Positions 13,101 through 25,165 are shown, numbered from the stretch's first letter. The stretch is 64,000 nt of DNA from Scyliorhinus canicula (GCF_902713615.1 NC_052146.1:71009238-71073237); one strand, 5' to 3'. Translations and numbers: made by a program. Notes: a model not told the origin generated them from the letters alone.

Positions 13101-13925
13101 GCTGTGGGACCGCAATTTCTGTGAAAGCCAAGTGGGAAGAAGAGTTGGGAGAGGGTATGTAAGAAAGTTTGTGTTGTGAGGTGCTCTGAAGGGTGAATGC
13201 CTCAACTTCATACACGAGGTTTGGGCTGATACAGCTGAATGTCATGGATAGGGTGCATCTCAGGATGTCTGCGAGTGGTGTGGGAGGGGCTCTGCAAACA
13301 AGGTACATACAAGGTACATATGTTATGGTCCTGTCCGAAGATGGAGACGTATTGGAGGGAGGTTTTCAGTATCATCTCAGGGGTACTACGGGTGAACCTG
13401 GAACCAGGTCCCCTAGAAGCTATTTTTTGGGGTGCTGGACTGGCCCGAACTGCAGACGAGTGTGAGGGCAGATATTTCAGCCTTTGCCTCGCTCATTGCC
13501 CAGAGGCAGGTCCTGTTGTGGTCAGCTTCTCCACCCTGTGCCTCAGCATGGCAGGGGTGGGGCGGGGGGGGGGGGGGGGCTACTTGAATTTCTGACTCTT
13601 GAGAAAGTGAAGTATGATCTGAAGGCGATGAAGGAGGAGTCTACAATTCATGGGGACTGTTTATTATGCATTTTCGAGAACCAGTTACCATTGAACATTG
13701 GGGGGAAGGGGCGGTGTTTGGATTATTGTCGTTTTGATTGCACGGATTACTGATTGACTGTTAATTTTTTATCTGGAACGCACAAGCGGATGTTTTGGTC
13801 TTTATATTGAGGGGCGTGCAGTTTTTGAGAGGATTGTTATTGTATTTGGTTTTTGTTTGTTGTTTTTTTTGTTGTTTATTAGTTGAAAATGTTGAAAATG
13901 AGGAGAATAAAATTATTATTTTTAC
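10159..13925 (+). mobile_element. L1/Tx1-like LINE (A): 5' end, ORF1 split by a CR1 insert, EN domain, internal deletion of RT, 3' end
   Basis: Starts GGACTTCCGG. ORF1 motifs (AHRSL, RFGVVCPAKLRVTY) and EN motifs (IVGGDWN, VYSRIDF). Degenerate TSD aattcttacctaat/atttcttacacaat. Absent at the homologous site in copy 2 (about 60390). Confidence 0.88.
10757..11437 (-). mobile_element. CR1/HER1-like LINE 3' portion inserted in L1-A ORF1
   Basis: Minus strand LVSPHLEYCVQFWSPYL, with an (aagaacat)n tail at 10757-10780 and an internal deletion near 10843. Confidence 0.88.
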
Positions 13926-14516
13926 ATTTCTTACACAATCCCTTTGTCAGCAGAAAGCACTAAATGCCTGGATATAAAAACATAAGGAGCAGGAGCAGGA
14001 AAAAGGATTTTGGCCTTTTCAGACTTTTGCACTATTCAGCATCATTGATCACCCACTTTATAATAATAGTCTTTATTGTTACTGTGAAAAGCCCATGGTC
14101 GGCACTTTCTGGTATATGTTCGGGTACATAGAGGGTAAATTCAGAATGTCCAAATTCAACTCCACCTTTCTGCGCTATCCCCAGATTCCATATTTCACTT
14201 ATAGACCCAAAACCTATCAATCTCTCATCTGAATATACTCAATGGCTGTACTTCCACAGATATCTAGGATGGAGAATGCCAAAGATTCTAAACATATTGT
14301 AAATTATGGGATGGCAAGTACTGATCCCTTTGGCACCCTGCTAGATACAACCTCCATCCAGTAATTGACAAATTTATTCATACTTTCTATTTCCTATTCA
14401 CCAATCACAATTCATGCTCATAGATTTCTTCCAATTATTTGGTCACAAATATTTTAGAATAGGCTGTTGTTTGGCTCCTAATTCAGTCTGTCTTTGTGAA
14501 AATACTAACAAACAAC

Positions 14517-17500
14517 AGAAGTGAGGTGGTGAGGGAGAAGGTGAAGAGGGGTCGCCTGGGAGAGGGGGGAAAGGGTAAGTGGGGAGGGGAAGAAGGGGAA
14601 GGGGAAAAGCGGTGGGGGAGGAGGTTTCTGTGATGTGGCAGGGGACGAGAGATGGCATGGTCAAGGGTGAAGAAAGGGGCCATCTGGGATGGGCTAGGTA
14701 CAGAGTGGAATTAAAGTGGCAGGAGTTAAGTGGGTAAGGTGACGGATGGTAGAGGGGATTGGAGGCACAAGCCTCCGGTAAGGTTCGTAACGTTGAACGT
14801 CTGGGGACAGAATGGGCCGGTTAAAAGGTCGCGGGTGTTCGCTCACCTCAGGAGCTTGAAAGCAGGGGTTGTCTTTCTGCAGAAGACGCACCTCCATATG
14901 AAGGACCAGGTTAGGTTAAGGAAGGGGTGGGTAGGGCAGGTTTTTCACCCGGGATTTGATTTGGAATCAAGTGGTGTGGCGATTTTACTGAGCAAAAAAA
15001 TAGGATTCGTGAGTTGAAGGAGGTGAGGGATCCGGGTGGGAGATATGTGATTGTGAGTGGGGTATTGAAAGGGACACCCCGGCCGCATTGGTAAATGTGT
15101 ATGCCCCAAATTAGGATGATGTGGGTTTTATGAGGGGGTTGCTGGCAGCAATACCGGATTTGGCCATGCACCAGTTGATCATGGGAGGACATTTTAACTG
15201 TGTCCTGGAGCAGAGGGTGTATAGATCGAGCCCCAGGTCGATGGGTAGGGTATGAATGGCAAGGGGACTGGGGGGGTTTATGGAGAGGATGGGTATGTTG
15301 GACCCATGACGTTTTCAGAACCCAGGGGGAAGGGCGTATTCCTTCTTTTCACACGTCTATAAGGTGTCTTTGAGGATTGACTACTTTGTAGTGAGTCGGG
15401 AGTCATTGGTTGGGGTGGATAGTTATCTCGGACCATGCACCCCACTTGCTGGAGATTCAGTTTAGAACAGGATGAGAGCAGAGGCCGGAGTGAAGGTTTG
15501 ACACGGAGTTGTTGGCGGATGGAGGTTTTTGTGAGAAGGTGCGGTTGGCAATTAGTGATTATGTGGAGTTGAATTAGAATGGGGAGTGTCGGCGGGCATT
15601 TCTTGGGAAGCACCGAAGGCAGTGGTCCGGGGAGAAATTATCTCATATACGGTTCGTGCGAATAAGGAAACAAGGGCAGAACATGTCTGTTAAGTGAGCG
15701 AGATAGTGGAGGTGGACAGGGAATATTCGAGGGTGGCCACCATGGAGGGATTGGTGAGGAGGAAAAAGTTGCAGAGGCAGTTTGGCAGGCTGACAATGGG
15801 GAGGACGGTAGGGCAACTGCGTCGGACAAGAGGGGTGCAATACATGTATGGGGAGAAGGCGAGCCGCATGCTGGCGCACGAGCTGCGGAAGCAGGCTGCA
15901 TTTAGGGAGATATTAAAGATCCGGACTGGGGCTGGGGATGTGGAGTCAGAGCCAGGGAAGATAAATGACGCATTTAGACAGTATTACCAGGGACTTTATG
16001 AGGCAGACCCAGGAGGAGAGGAGGGGAACATGGGGCAGTTTCTGAACGAGCTGGAATTTCCCCAGGTGGAGGAAGCAAAGTGGCAGCCGTTGGAGGAGCC
16101 CCTGGGGCTGAGGGAGGTGCTGGATAGTATCATGGGTATGAAGTCGGGGAAGGCCCCTGGGCTGGATGGATATCCGGCAGAATTATATAAGGAATTTGAA
16201 GCGGACCTGGCACCACCTCTGTTGGGGGTGTTTAATGAAGCACTGGAGAAGGGGGAGTTGGTGGAGACGATGAAGCAGGCAGTAATCACACAAATCCCCA
16301 AAAAAGGGAAGGATCGAGTGGAATGTGGGTCGTATAGACCCATATCACTATTGAACACGGATGTGAAAGCATTGGCTAAGTTATTGGCGGGAGGATGGAG
16401 GACTGTGTCCCGGGGGTGGTTGCAGAAGAACAAACAGGCTTTGTGAAGGGCAGGCAACTCGCAATCAATACAAGATGGCTATTGAATGAGGTGATGAATC
16501 CATTGAGGGCTCTGGTATTGGAAGTGGTGGTGTCCACGTGGATAAAGCATTTGATTGGGTGGAGTGGCGGTACTTGATCGAAACTTTGGGAAGATTTGGG
16601 TTTGGGCCGAGATTTGTGGCATGGGTGCAGTTGCTGTATGTGGCACCAAGGGCGAGGGTGAGGACGAATGATATGAGCTCACAAAGCTTTGACTTACACA
16701 AGTGCCCGCTGTCACCGCTGCTGTTTGTGCTGGCCATAGATCCATTGGCGATGGCTCTCAGGGGATCGGCAGAGTGGCGAGCGATTATGAGGGAACAGAG
16801 GGAGCATTGGGTGTTGCCCTATGCCGATGACCTCTTGCTGTATGTTTTGGATCCGTTAGAGAGTATCGGCAGGATTATGGGCCTGTTGAGGAGGTTTGGA
16901 GGGTTCTTGGGTGCAAGCTGAATGTAGGGAAACGTGAGGTATTCCTGGTGAATGAGGTGGCACAGTGGGCTAATTTAGGGGGGATGACATTTACGGTAGT
17001 GAGGGATAGGTTTAGTTATTTGGGGATTCCAGTAGCGAGGGAATGGAACATAAGTGGAACTTAACGAAGCTGGTGGAGGAGGCCAGGGAGGGTCCTAAGA
17101 GGTGGGATACACTGCACTTAACGTTGGTGGGGAGGGTGCAAGTGGTGAAAATGAATATTCTGTCGAGGTCCTTCTTTATCTTTCAGGCTCTCCCGATCTT
17201 TATACCAAAGGCCTTTTATCGGAAAGTGGACACCATCATCTCTGACTTTGTATGGGCGGAGAAGGTGGCAAGGGTGGGGAGGACACTGCTACAGAGGCAG
17301 AGGGGGGGGGGGGGGTTGGTGTTGCCAAACTTGCTTCATTATTATTGGGTGGCGAATGTGGACAAGGTGTAGCTGTGGTGGGAAGGGGAAGGGGTAGAGT
17401 GGGTTAGGATGGCGGAGGAATCTTGTAAGGGGTCTAGTTTGAGGGCTATGGTGATGGCAGCATTGCCAATGGCACCGAATAGATATTCAGGGAGCCAAGT

Positions 17501-20500
17501 GGTGCAGTACAAGATGAAGATATGGAATCAGCTGTGTAGGCATTTTAGGGTGGAAGGGATGCTGGTGCCAACGCCGCTGTGTGGAAATCATGGGTTTGAG
17601 CCGGGGAGGGTGGATAGTGTACACAGGAGGTGGAGGGAAGTGGGGCTGGTTAAGGTGAGGCATTTGTATTTGGAGGAAGGGTTCACCAGTCTGGAGGAGC
17701 TCAGGGAGAGGGTAGAGCTGCCAAGGGTTAGTGAGTTCAGGTTAGGGACTTTTCACAAAAGCTCTGGAAGGGGTTCCCTAGATTGCTGGGATACACCCAA
17801 CTGGAGCGACTACTGCTTCCAGATGTGGAAGGGAATGAAGAATTGGGGATATGTATAAATGGCTGGGGGAGCAGGGTGGTGAGCAGGTGGTGAAGATCAA
17901 GGAGAAATTGGAAGCGGAGTTGGGAATGGTGATCAACTGGGGGGTATGGGCAATTGCGCTCAGGGCAGCAAAAAATTGGAGGGGGATCCGAAGGGGAGGC
18001 AGAGAGCACAGAGTCTCACTCTATGCAGATGATCTGCTCCTCTACATCTCGGACCCACAAAGCAGCATGGATGGAATCATCGCGCTCCTGAAAGAGTTTG
18101 GAGCCTTCTCGGGCTACAAACTCAACATGAGCAAAAGCGAGATCTTCCCAGTACACCAGCAAGGGGGGTGGGGGGGGGGGGGGGCGGGGGGCAGCACTAA
18201 AGGGGCTGCCGTTCAAACAAGCCCGGCATAAATTCCGCTACCTGGGGATCCAAATAGCCCATGACTGGAAAGGGATCCACAAATGGAACCTCACCAGCCT
18301 GGCGGAGGAAGTAAAAAAGGACCTGCAAAGATGGAACACACTCCCACTCTCCCTCGCAGGAAGAGTCCAGACGATCAAAATGAACGTATTGCCCAGGTTC
18401 CTCTTCCTGTTTAGATCCATTCCGATCTACATCCCCAAGGCCTTCTTCATAGCGCTGGACAAACTTATCATGGCGTTCGTATGGGGGGGGGTAAAAATGC
18501 TAGGATCCCAAAGAAGGTCCTACAGAAAACAAAATCCAGGGGGGGGCTAGCCCTCCCGAATCTACAATTCTACCACTGGGCGGCAACAGCCGAGCGAGTA
18601 AGGGGATGGATCCAGGAGCCAGAAGCCGAGTGGGTGCGTGCGGAGGAGGCCTCCTGCATGGGGACCTCCCTCCGGGCCCTCGCCACGGCAGCACTCCCAT
18701 CCCCACCCAAAAAACATTCCAGCAGCCCAGTGGTGACAGCCACCCTCCAATCCTGGAACCAACTGCGGCAGCAATTTGGCCTGAACAAAATGTCGGACAA
18801 GGCTCCCATCTGCAACAACCATAGGTTCAAACCAGCACTGACTGACGCCACCTTCAAAAGGTGGAGACAGGACGGGGGGACACTGACAGTCAGGGACCTA
18901 TACACGGACGACAGGATCGCAACACTGGACGAACTGACAGAGATATTTCAGCTAGCTGGGGGGAACAAGCTACGGTACCTGCAGCTCAAAATCTTCCTAC
19001 GAAAGGAGACAAGGACGTACCCACAACCGCCACGACAGACACTACTAGAAGACCTACTGGACGCACGTATCCTAGAGAAAGGGAACTGTAGTGACATGTA
19101 TGGCCGACTGGTAGATAGGGACGACACCGTACTGGACGCAACAAGAAGGAAATGGGAGGACGACCTGGGGATGGAGATAGGGTGGGGACTCTGGAGTGAA
19201 GCACTGCATAGGGCCAACTCCACCTCCACGTGCGCAAGGCTCAGCCTGACGCAACTAAAAGTGGTACATAGAGCCCACTTAACGAGAAACCGTATGAGTA
19301 GGTTCTTCCCGGAGGTGGAGGACAGATGTGAGCGGTGCCAAAGAGGCCCGGCCAACCACGCCCACATGTTCTGGTCTTGCCCCAGACTTGTGGAGTACTG
19401 GACAGCCTTCTTTGAGGCTATGTCCAAAGTGGTGGGGGTGAGGGTGGAGCCATGCCCGATAGTGGCGGTCTTCGGGGTTTCAGACCAGCCAGATATATTC
19501 CTGGGGAGGAGGGCGGACGCCCTTGCCTTTGCCTCCCTGATCGCCCGCCGTAGAATCCTGTTTGGCTGGCGGTCAGCAGCACCGCCCAGAGCTGCAGACT
19601 GGCTGTCCGACCTCTCGGATTCTCTCCAAATGGAGAAAATCAAATTCGCCATCCGAGGGTCGGACGACGGCTTCCACAGAACGTGGGAGCCATTCATGCA
19701 ATTGTTCCGGGACCTGTTTGTGGCCAACGTGCAAGAGGAAGAATAGTCGGGGGAAGGTAGCCGGCGGGGAGGGGGGGGGGCTACGGGCTCGTTACGGGGG
19801 CTTGATGGCTAGCTAAGGCCCAAAACCAAACTAAATAAATGCCAATAAACATGTTGGGGAATGTAAAATATGTATGCCGGCAAAGAGGGGGAGGCCACAG
19901 TTATTACTACGAAGGTGCTCACCTGTAAATATATATGTTAATTTTTGCGTGTTTTTTTTTCTCTCTAACAATTTGTAATTTGTTCAATATAAAACATGAA
20001 AACTGAATAAAAAACATTTATAAAAAAAACTGGGGGGTATGGAGTGAGGCACTGTGAAGGGTAAACGGGACTTGTCTTGTGCAAGGATGAGCCTGATACA
20101 GTTCAAGGTGGTACACAGAGTTCACATGACTCCGGCAAGAATGAGTGTGTTCTTTCAGGGGGTAGTAGATGAGTGTGAGAGATGTAGGCGGGGCCAGCAA
20201 ATCACACGCACATGTTTTGGGGTTGCGAAAAATTGGGAAGATTCTGGGCGGGAGTGTTTGCGGTCTTATCCAGGATAGTGGAGGAGATGGACCCGGACCC
20301 TTTAGTGGTGATATCTGGAGTTTCGGAGAAGCCGGAGCTCATGGAGAGGAAGAAGGCCAATGTCTTGGCCTTCGCCACTCTGATTGCACAATGGCGAATT
20401 TTGCTGGAGCAATGGTCGGCATCGCTACCGGGGACAGCGGCTTGGTTGGGTGACCTGTACGACTTCCTGCGGTTAGAGAAGATAAAGTATGAGTTAAGGG

Positions 20501-20728
20501 GTTCAGCAGGGGAGTTTGAAAAAACGTGGGGAATATTTGTGACCGTGTTTGAGGAGCTGTTCGTGGGAGGGGGGGGGGGGGGGGGGCTGGGTTTGATGGG
20601 GAGGGGTGAAAAAGGATAAAAATCTGTACAAACCGTATAGCTTATTGGGGGGAAGTATGTTTCCTGGGGTGTTCATTTGCTGTAGCCTACTTTGATACAA
20701 GTTTGTAATAAAATGCATTTTTTAAAAA
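14517..20728 (+). mobile_element. L1/Tx1-like LINE (B), decayed ORF2, host of nested L1-C
   Basis: EN (TLNVWG), RT (KAPGLDG, SYRPISLLN, PYADD) and C-terminal Cys region. 19-bp TSD GAAAATAC(T/G)AACAAAC(A/T)AC at 14498 and 20729. Confidence 0.9.
17950..20027 (+). mobile_element. L1/Tx1-like LINE (C), young 5'-truncated copy nested in L1-B
   Basis: SLYADD through a 421-aa open C-terminal ORF (18481-19746), AATAAA and an A-tail. Exact 15-bp TSD AACTGGGGGGTATGG (17935-17949 and 20028-20042). Confidence 0.94.
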
Positions 20729-21337
20729 GAAAATACGAACAAACTACACCCTTTGGTTTCTAGTTTTGTTTTGCCTACCACTGATGTTAGCTCAACCGGC
20801 TCGCAGCTCCCATTTGATTTATTCCTCCTTTTTTCTAATTACATGGTTATGTTTGCTCTTTAGCTGTCCTTGAACACAGGTCTAGGATCTAACGGATTTT
20901 GGAAGCTCGATATCAATGCATCTCTGCAGCTACCCCGCTAGAAAGCCGAACAGACAGGTCGTCACAATTCATTCAGGTTAGTTTCGTGCGCAGTACTAAC
21001 ACATACTGATTCATTGAACGGAATCATTTTTGCGAAAGCATTGGTTCCTGATCATTTTGAGCGTGTTTTCCTTCTGTCTTAATAACAGATAGCTAGAATT
21101 TGTTTAATGTCTCTGCCATTTTCTTAATTCCATTATGATTTCACTAGCTTTTGCCTTAATATTTCCACATTCATATTCATTAATCCCAGCCTCTTGATAT
21201 ACGTTTAGAAAATCTTAACATCTGTATTTGTGTCTCCTGTTCGTCCACGCTTCCCTCTTACCTTTTGAATTTTTTGGCCCTCCTTTTTGAATTCCAAAAT
21301 AAACTCTTAATCATCGACCAGATCATTGTTTTGGAAA

Positions 21338-21410
21338 CACGAACACACAGTCACACAGACGGGCGCGCACACACAGACTCTCACACACACAGACTCACAC
21401 ACAGACACAC
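21338..21410. repeat. Imperfect (CA)n microsatellite downstream of C1
   Basis: acacgaacacacagtcacacagac...acacacagacacac. A shorter homolog lies at about 61536-61590. Confidence 0.75.
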
Positions 21411-21591
21411 TTTCACTGTTTGGACAGGGTGAACAGATATTTCATCGACCCGATAACAATTGTTTTCCAGACAACCTCGCGCACTCTTTATTACGTGATC
21501 CTGAATAATACCTGAAACGTATTAATTTGACTGATATTGCAAAAGCAATAAATGATACAAAAACTCATTGTATTTGATCTCAGACCAGTTA

Positions 21592-21597
21592 TTTATT
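21592..21597 (-). terminator. Polyadenylation signal, cluster 1
   Basis: AATAAA on the minus strand about 310 nt after the C stop, followed by T-rich sequence. Conserved in cluster 2. Confidence 0.75.
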
Positions 21598-21907
21598 GAA
21601 CAGCTGTATCATGAAAATCTAATAGTGAGTTGAAACTTAAGTACCAATAGCCACATTGTTGCATTTTAATATGATTTTCGGATGCATTAAGGTAAATTAA
21701 TAAACAATGATCTTTCATTGAACGCCGATAATATTCCGAATGAAGAGCTGTTTAAAAGTACAAGTCATAAACGCGCGAAATTCCCGCCGGCATGGCCACT
21801 TCCTTAAATTTCTGAAACACAATTAATTTCTATTGTTTTTTCACATGAAAGAAATGAATCGGAATGAAAAAGATCAATCTGAACTGGGTCGAGAGCAGTA
21901 TCCCGGG

Positions 21908-22230
21908 TCACATACAGCTGGATCTGGAGATGGTTGCTCTAAACGGAGTTGCCTGAATCTCGTGCTTGACCAGACAGGAGTAAAGCTCGTGTGAGTTCCA
22001 CTCTGAGGCTGACAGAGTCAGATAGCTGCTCACACTGAACGTGTTGTCCGCCTCCTGCTGGATCCGACTGGTCTCAACCCCATTCCCTCTGACACTGCCG
22101 TCTACAGTCCATTCAATCTCCGCAGCTCCCGGGTTAAACCCGCTCACCAAACACACCAGGGTCGCCGTGTCCTTCGCTGCGATTTGATCCCATGAAGGCG
22201 GAAGGACGGAGACAGATGGCTTCTGAGGAT
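21908..22230 (-). CDS. IGLC: Ig light chain constant exon, cluster 1 (type II/lambda)
   Basis: Acceptor tttctttccaaaacag, then (N)PQKPSVSVLPPSWDQIAAKDTATLVCLVSGFNPGAAEIEWTVDGSVRGNGVETSRIQQEADNTFSVSSYLTLSASEWNSHELYSCLVKHEIQATPFRATISRSSCM*. C1-set Cys/Trp/Cys and penultimate Cys are present. It closely resembles shark lambda-type C domains as I recall them, and is phase-compatible with the VJ exon. Confidence 0.96.
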
Positions 22231-24493
22231 CTGTTTTGGAAAGAAACTACTGTTAGTCGTATAAACATTTGATTTGGTTACGCATGCGATTTTCCCGAAC
22301 CAATAACATTCGAATTCTGGCACTCATTGAGAATAATAAACAAATCCACTTGTTTGATATTTGGGGATAGCAGCAAGGTTAAGTTTTAATGACTGACTGG
22401 AGCTGAACTGAAGTTGATTCTGTACAATTTAACAGACAAAGCAACGCTTGTGCATTATGTTTCACAATGTTACCCCTGAATCTATTGCTGTATGTTTAGC
22501 TTCCCTGTCTTCACATTGAGATGCTGCTTTGCCCGTCTCAGTCAGAAATAGAATTAGATACATTGAACATACAGTAAATTTATTCCAATGTGCTCCATAG
22601 TGATGAGCCGTTGATCAGTTTTGCGTCACATTTTACGGTAATCTGACCGCGCAATCTAGACTGACATTCCAGCGAAGGGAATGTGGAAAAGCCGTTCAGC
22701 CAGCATTTGGATTATAATCAAACCGAGATCCTCTACTGACGAACCTAAATTACTCTGTTACTGGATTGGAGGCAGTGGTGGAAGACCGTGTTCTCTGCGT
22801 GAAAACAGGTTAATGGGTGATTGGTATTTTTGCTGTTTGTGGGAAATAGGTGACTGTCACGGTGGGGGAATTTATTATGGAGATCTCATTGATTAAATAT
22901 TTTTACAAACGCTCAGGTATGTTTCGGATTCAGGCCGCGAAAAAAATATACTTAATTATGTATGATTCTTGACCTTACATGTTGTGTTTTGTAGGAGGAG
23001 CTAACGGGGGAACCCTTGACTGCAACAGCGTAAAACTGGCGATAAATGAACGGAATGTTTTACAATGAGGTCAGTGGAAATAGAAGGCGGGACAAATATA
23101 AACACCTTTGCGGACCCCACATCAGCCGTTTAACATTATCGGTCAAGTTAAACTGCACACTCACATTGCAGGAATGGAAGATTTATGTTTATATATCTAT
23201 TCCAGTAAAGATCAGCGCTGAGGTTTTGCGGGAGTTTGGTTCCATTATTAAAGTCGAAAACGCAATAATTAAATATGAGCAACACTATTACTGCAACAGA
23301 ATTGTTAATTTAAGTCACATTCTGACTTCTCTGATTATTATGCATCGGAATAACCAACAACTCTGATCAGATTTTCACAGCAGAAATAACAAGATATAAT
23401 AATATATGCTCAATACACAGAACAATCTGACAATATTAATAGTTCGAGCACAAAGTCAGAAAACAGAACAAAGAACAGTACTGCACAGGAGCATGTCCTT
23501 CGGCCCTCCAAGCCTGTACCGGTCATCATACCATCCTTGGCCAAAGCCCTCAGTATTTCCTAGTGCCCTATCCCTCAAAACCTAATGGAGAACTTAATAG
23601 TGTCACTGTTCACATGATCACATCTCAGTTTTCAAAATACTCTGCGCTGACATGAAACTTGGCAAGTTCGTTACAGAAAGGGTCAGGGAGGGATTCGCTA
23701 TTTTCATTGCAAACACGCATACGCTTCATGAGAGACGCATTATTCCTGGATAACCGTACAAATTCCGAGCTTTGCGGAGGTTGTGCCCAAATGTACCCAT
23801 GCGCAATAAGCTAAGAGATTGTTCATTTCGCGGACATTTATCCTGTGCCCTCAGATAAAGGCAGCATTCGGACTGAACATCACTTGTCATTCAAACCGTT
23901 ACATTCAGTGTAACAATAGTTCAGCTAAAAGAAGCTAATAAGGAGTTGAAAACGCAGGGCATTGGAGGTTAGATTGACCGTCATGTTTTGATCTTATTGC
24001 TATTAATCTGGGGCGATTTATTCGCGCGATCCATGTTGCAAAGTACCTAGCGCAGGTAGTTATTATTTAATTGTGTTAACAGGCAGAGAGCTTTGCTGTG
24101 GTATTAAGGAAGGGAATACATAAACATTGAAGTCCTTCTTGTCACTAACGGAGGTCCATTTTCCCTACAAGGTCACTCGATCGCAAATTAGGACTAAAGG
24201 GTTTTACAGATTTCGTTGATCTGACGGTGCAGAGATTCTGAGTATTTTTGCTATTGTGGCTGAGGGAAGGCAGCTCATTGCTGACCAAAATTCCACTCCC
24301 AACTCAGACCAGAACACAGAGAACTGCAAGGTTCAGTTGTTAACTGGTTAGCAGGGTAGACTTACATCAGTACAATTGAATTTATGGCTCTGTTGCTGGA
24401 AAGGACATTAACATTTCTTCAAAATAAAATATCAAGACAGTATTTTGCTTTTAACATTAAGTAATTTTTGAACAATGTAACGGGTTTACTCAC

Positions 24494-24841
24494 TGCCAAC
24501 ACTCAGCTTGGTTCCGCTGCCGAAGTAGTACGCGCTGCTAACCCATATGGCACAGTAATAGTCCGCGATGTCCTTCGATTCAACGTTACCGATGCTTAAC
24601 GTTCCTGTGTTGCCGGATACCGAACCTGAAAACCGGTCTGGAACACCCGAGGCTCTGTTCGTGCTGCTTCCCGCATAGTGATAAAGCAGATACCGAGGAG
24701 CATTTCCAGATTTCTGCTGGTACCAATATATGTTGCCGTTACCTAAGGTGGCACCAGACAAGGTGCAACTTATTTGGACGGTTCCTCCGAGAGAAGTCGA
24801 TTTCGAAGACGGTTGACTAACTGTAATCGCCGCGTTTGAAA
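24494..24841 (-). CDS. IGLV: Ig light chain cluster 1, germline-joined V-J exon
   Basis: Reads (F)SNA-AITVSQPSSKSTSLGGTVQISCTLSGATLGNGNIYWYQQKSGNAPRYLLYHYAGSSTNRASGVPDRFSGSVSGNTGTLSIGNVESKDIADYYCAIWVSSAYYFGSGTKLSVG. It has the conserved Cys, WYQQ, YYC and FGxG motifs, with V running directly into J in frame. Donor GTGAGT follows 24494. Confidence 0.96.
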
Positions 24842-24986
24842 CTGAAAGGAAACAGCATCAAAAATATTAATGTAACTATACTTTAATCAATTGTCGAAAC
24901 AATTGAGTTTTAACTCCCTTGAAATTTTGTTCAAGAAACCTCAATAAAGGTGTCATTGCAGTAAATCTACATTTCAAAATACTTAC

Positions 24987-25035
24987 ATGCCAGGCAAAAT
25001 ATGAACACAATGATCGCATGGACCCAGTCAGTCAT
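24987..25035 (-). CDS. IGLV: Ig light chain (type II/lambda) cluster 1, leader exon
   Basis: Minus strand ATG at 25035 reads MTDWVHAIIVFIFCLA plus 1 nt (49 nt, phase 1), followed by donor GTAAGT. A 145-nt intron ends in tttcctttcag at 24842. Typical Ig split leader. Confidence 0.93.
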
Positions 25036-25157
25036 TGTGAAAAGTTTAAAGAGGCACCGAAGTGTCTGCCAGATATTTGACAAGATGAGTTAACTCCCTG
25101 AATCTCTCTGTCTCCTTTAATACCCCTGTCACCAAGAAGGTGTACCCTCCTGACTTG

Positions 25158-25165
25158 ATGCAAAT
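25158..25165 (-). promoter_or_regulatory. Ig promoter octamer ATTTGCAT
   Basis: ATTTGCAT in gene sense, about 123 nt upstream of the leader ATG, in the light-chain orientation. TATA-like TATTAAA at 25116-25122 lies between them. Confidence 0.9.

Larger units (their letters stand above)
20755..23780 (-). repeat. Duplicated IgL unit, copy 1 (3' flank, C exon, J-C intron)
   Basis: Aligns by eye to about 60765-64000 at an offset of about 40.2 kb. 8 differences in 22681-23040 versus 62901-63260. Confidence 0.92.

Noticed and set aside
23046-23366. 106-aa plus-strand ORF open in both clusters (also 63266-63586)
   Set aside because: It is antisense within the J-C intron and has no recognisable domain. 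The copies are highly similar in this intron, so shared openness is uninformative.
22231-24493. Extra J segments or RSSs in the J-C intron and upstream of V
   Set aside because: No FGxG J motif, and no heptamer with a correctly spaced nonamer was seen. CACAGTG hits elsewhere are in SINE or LINE sequence.
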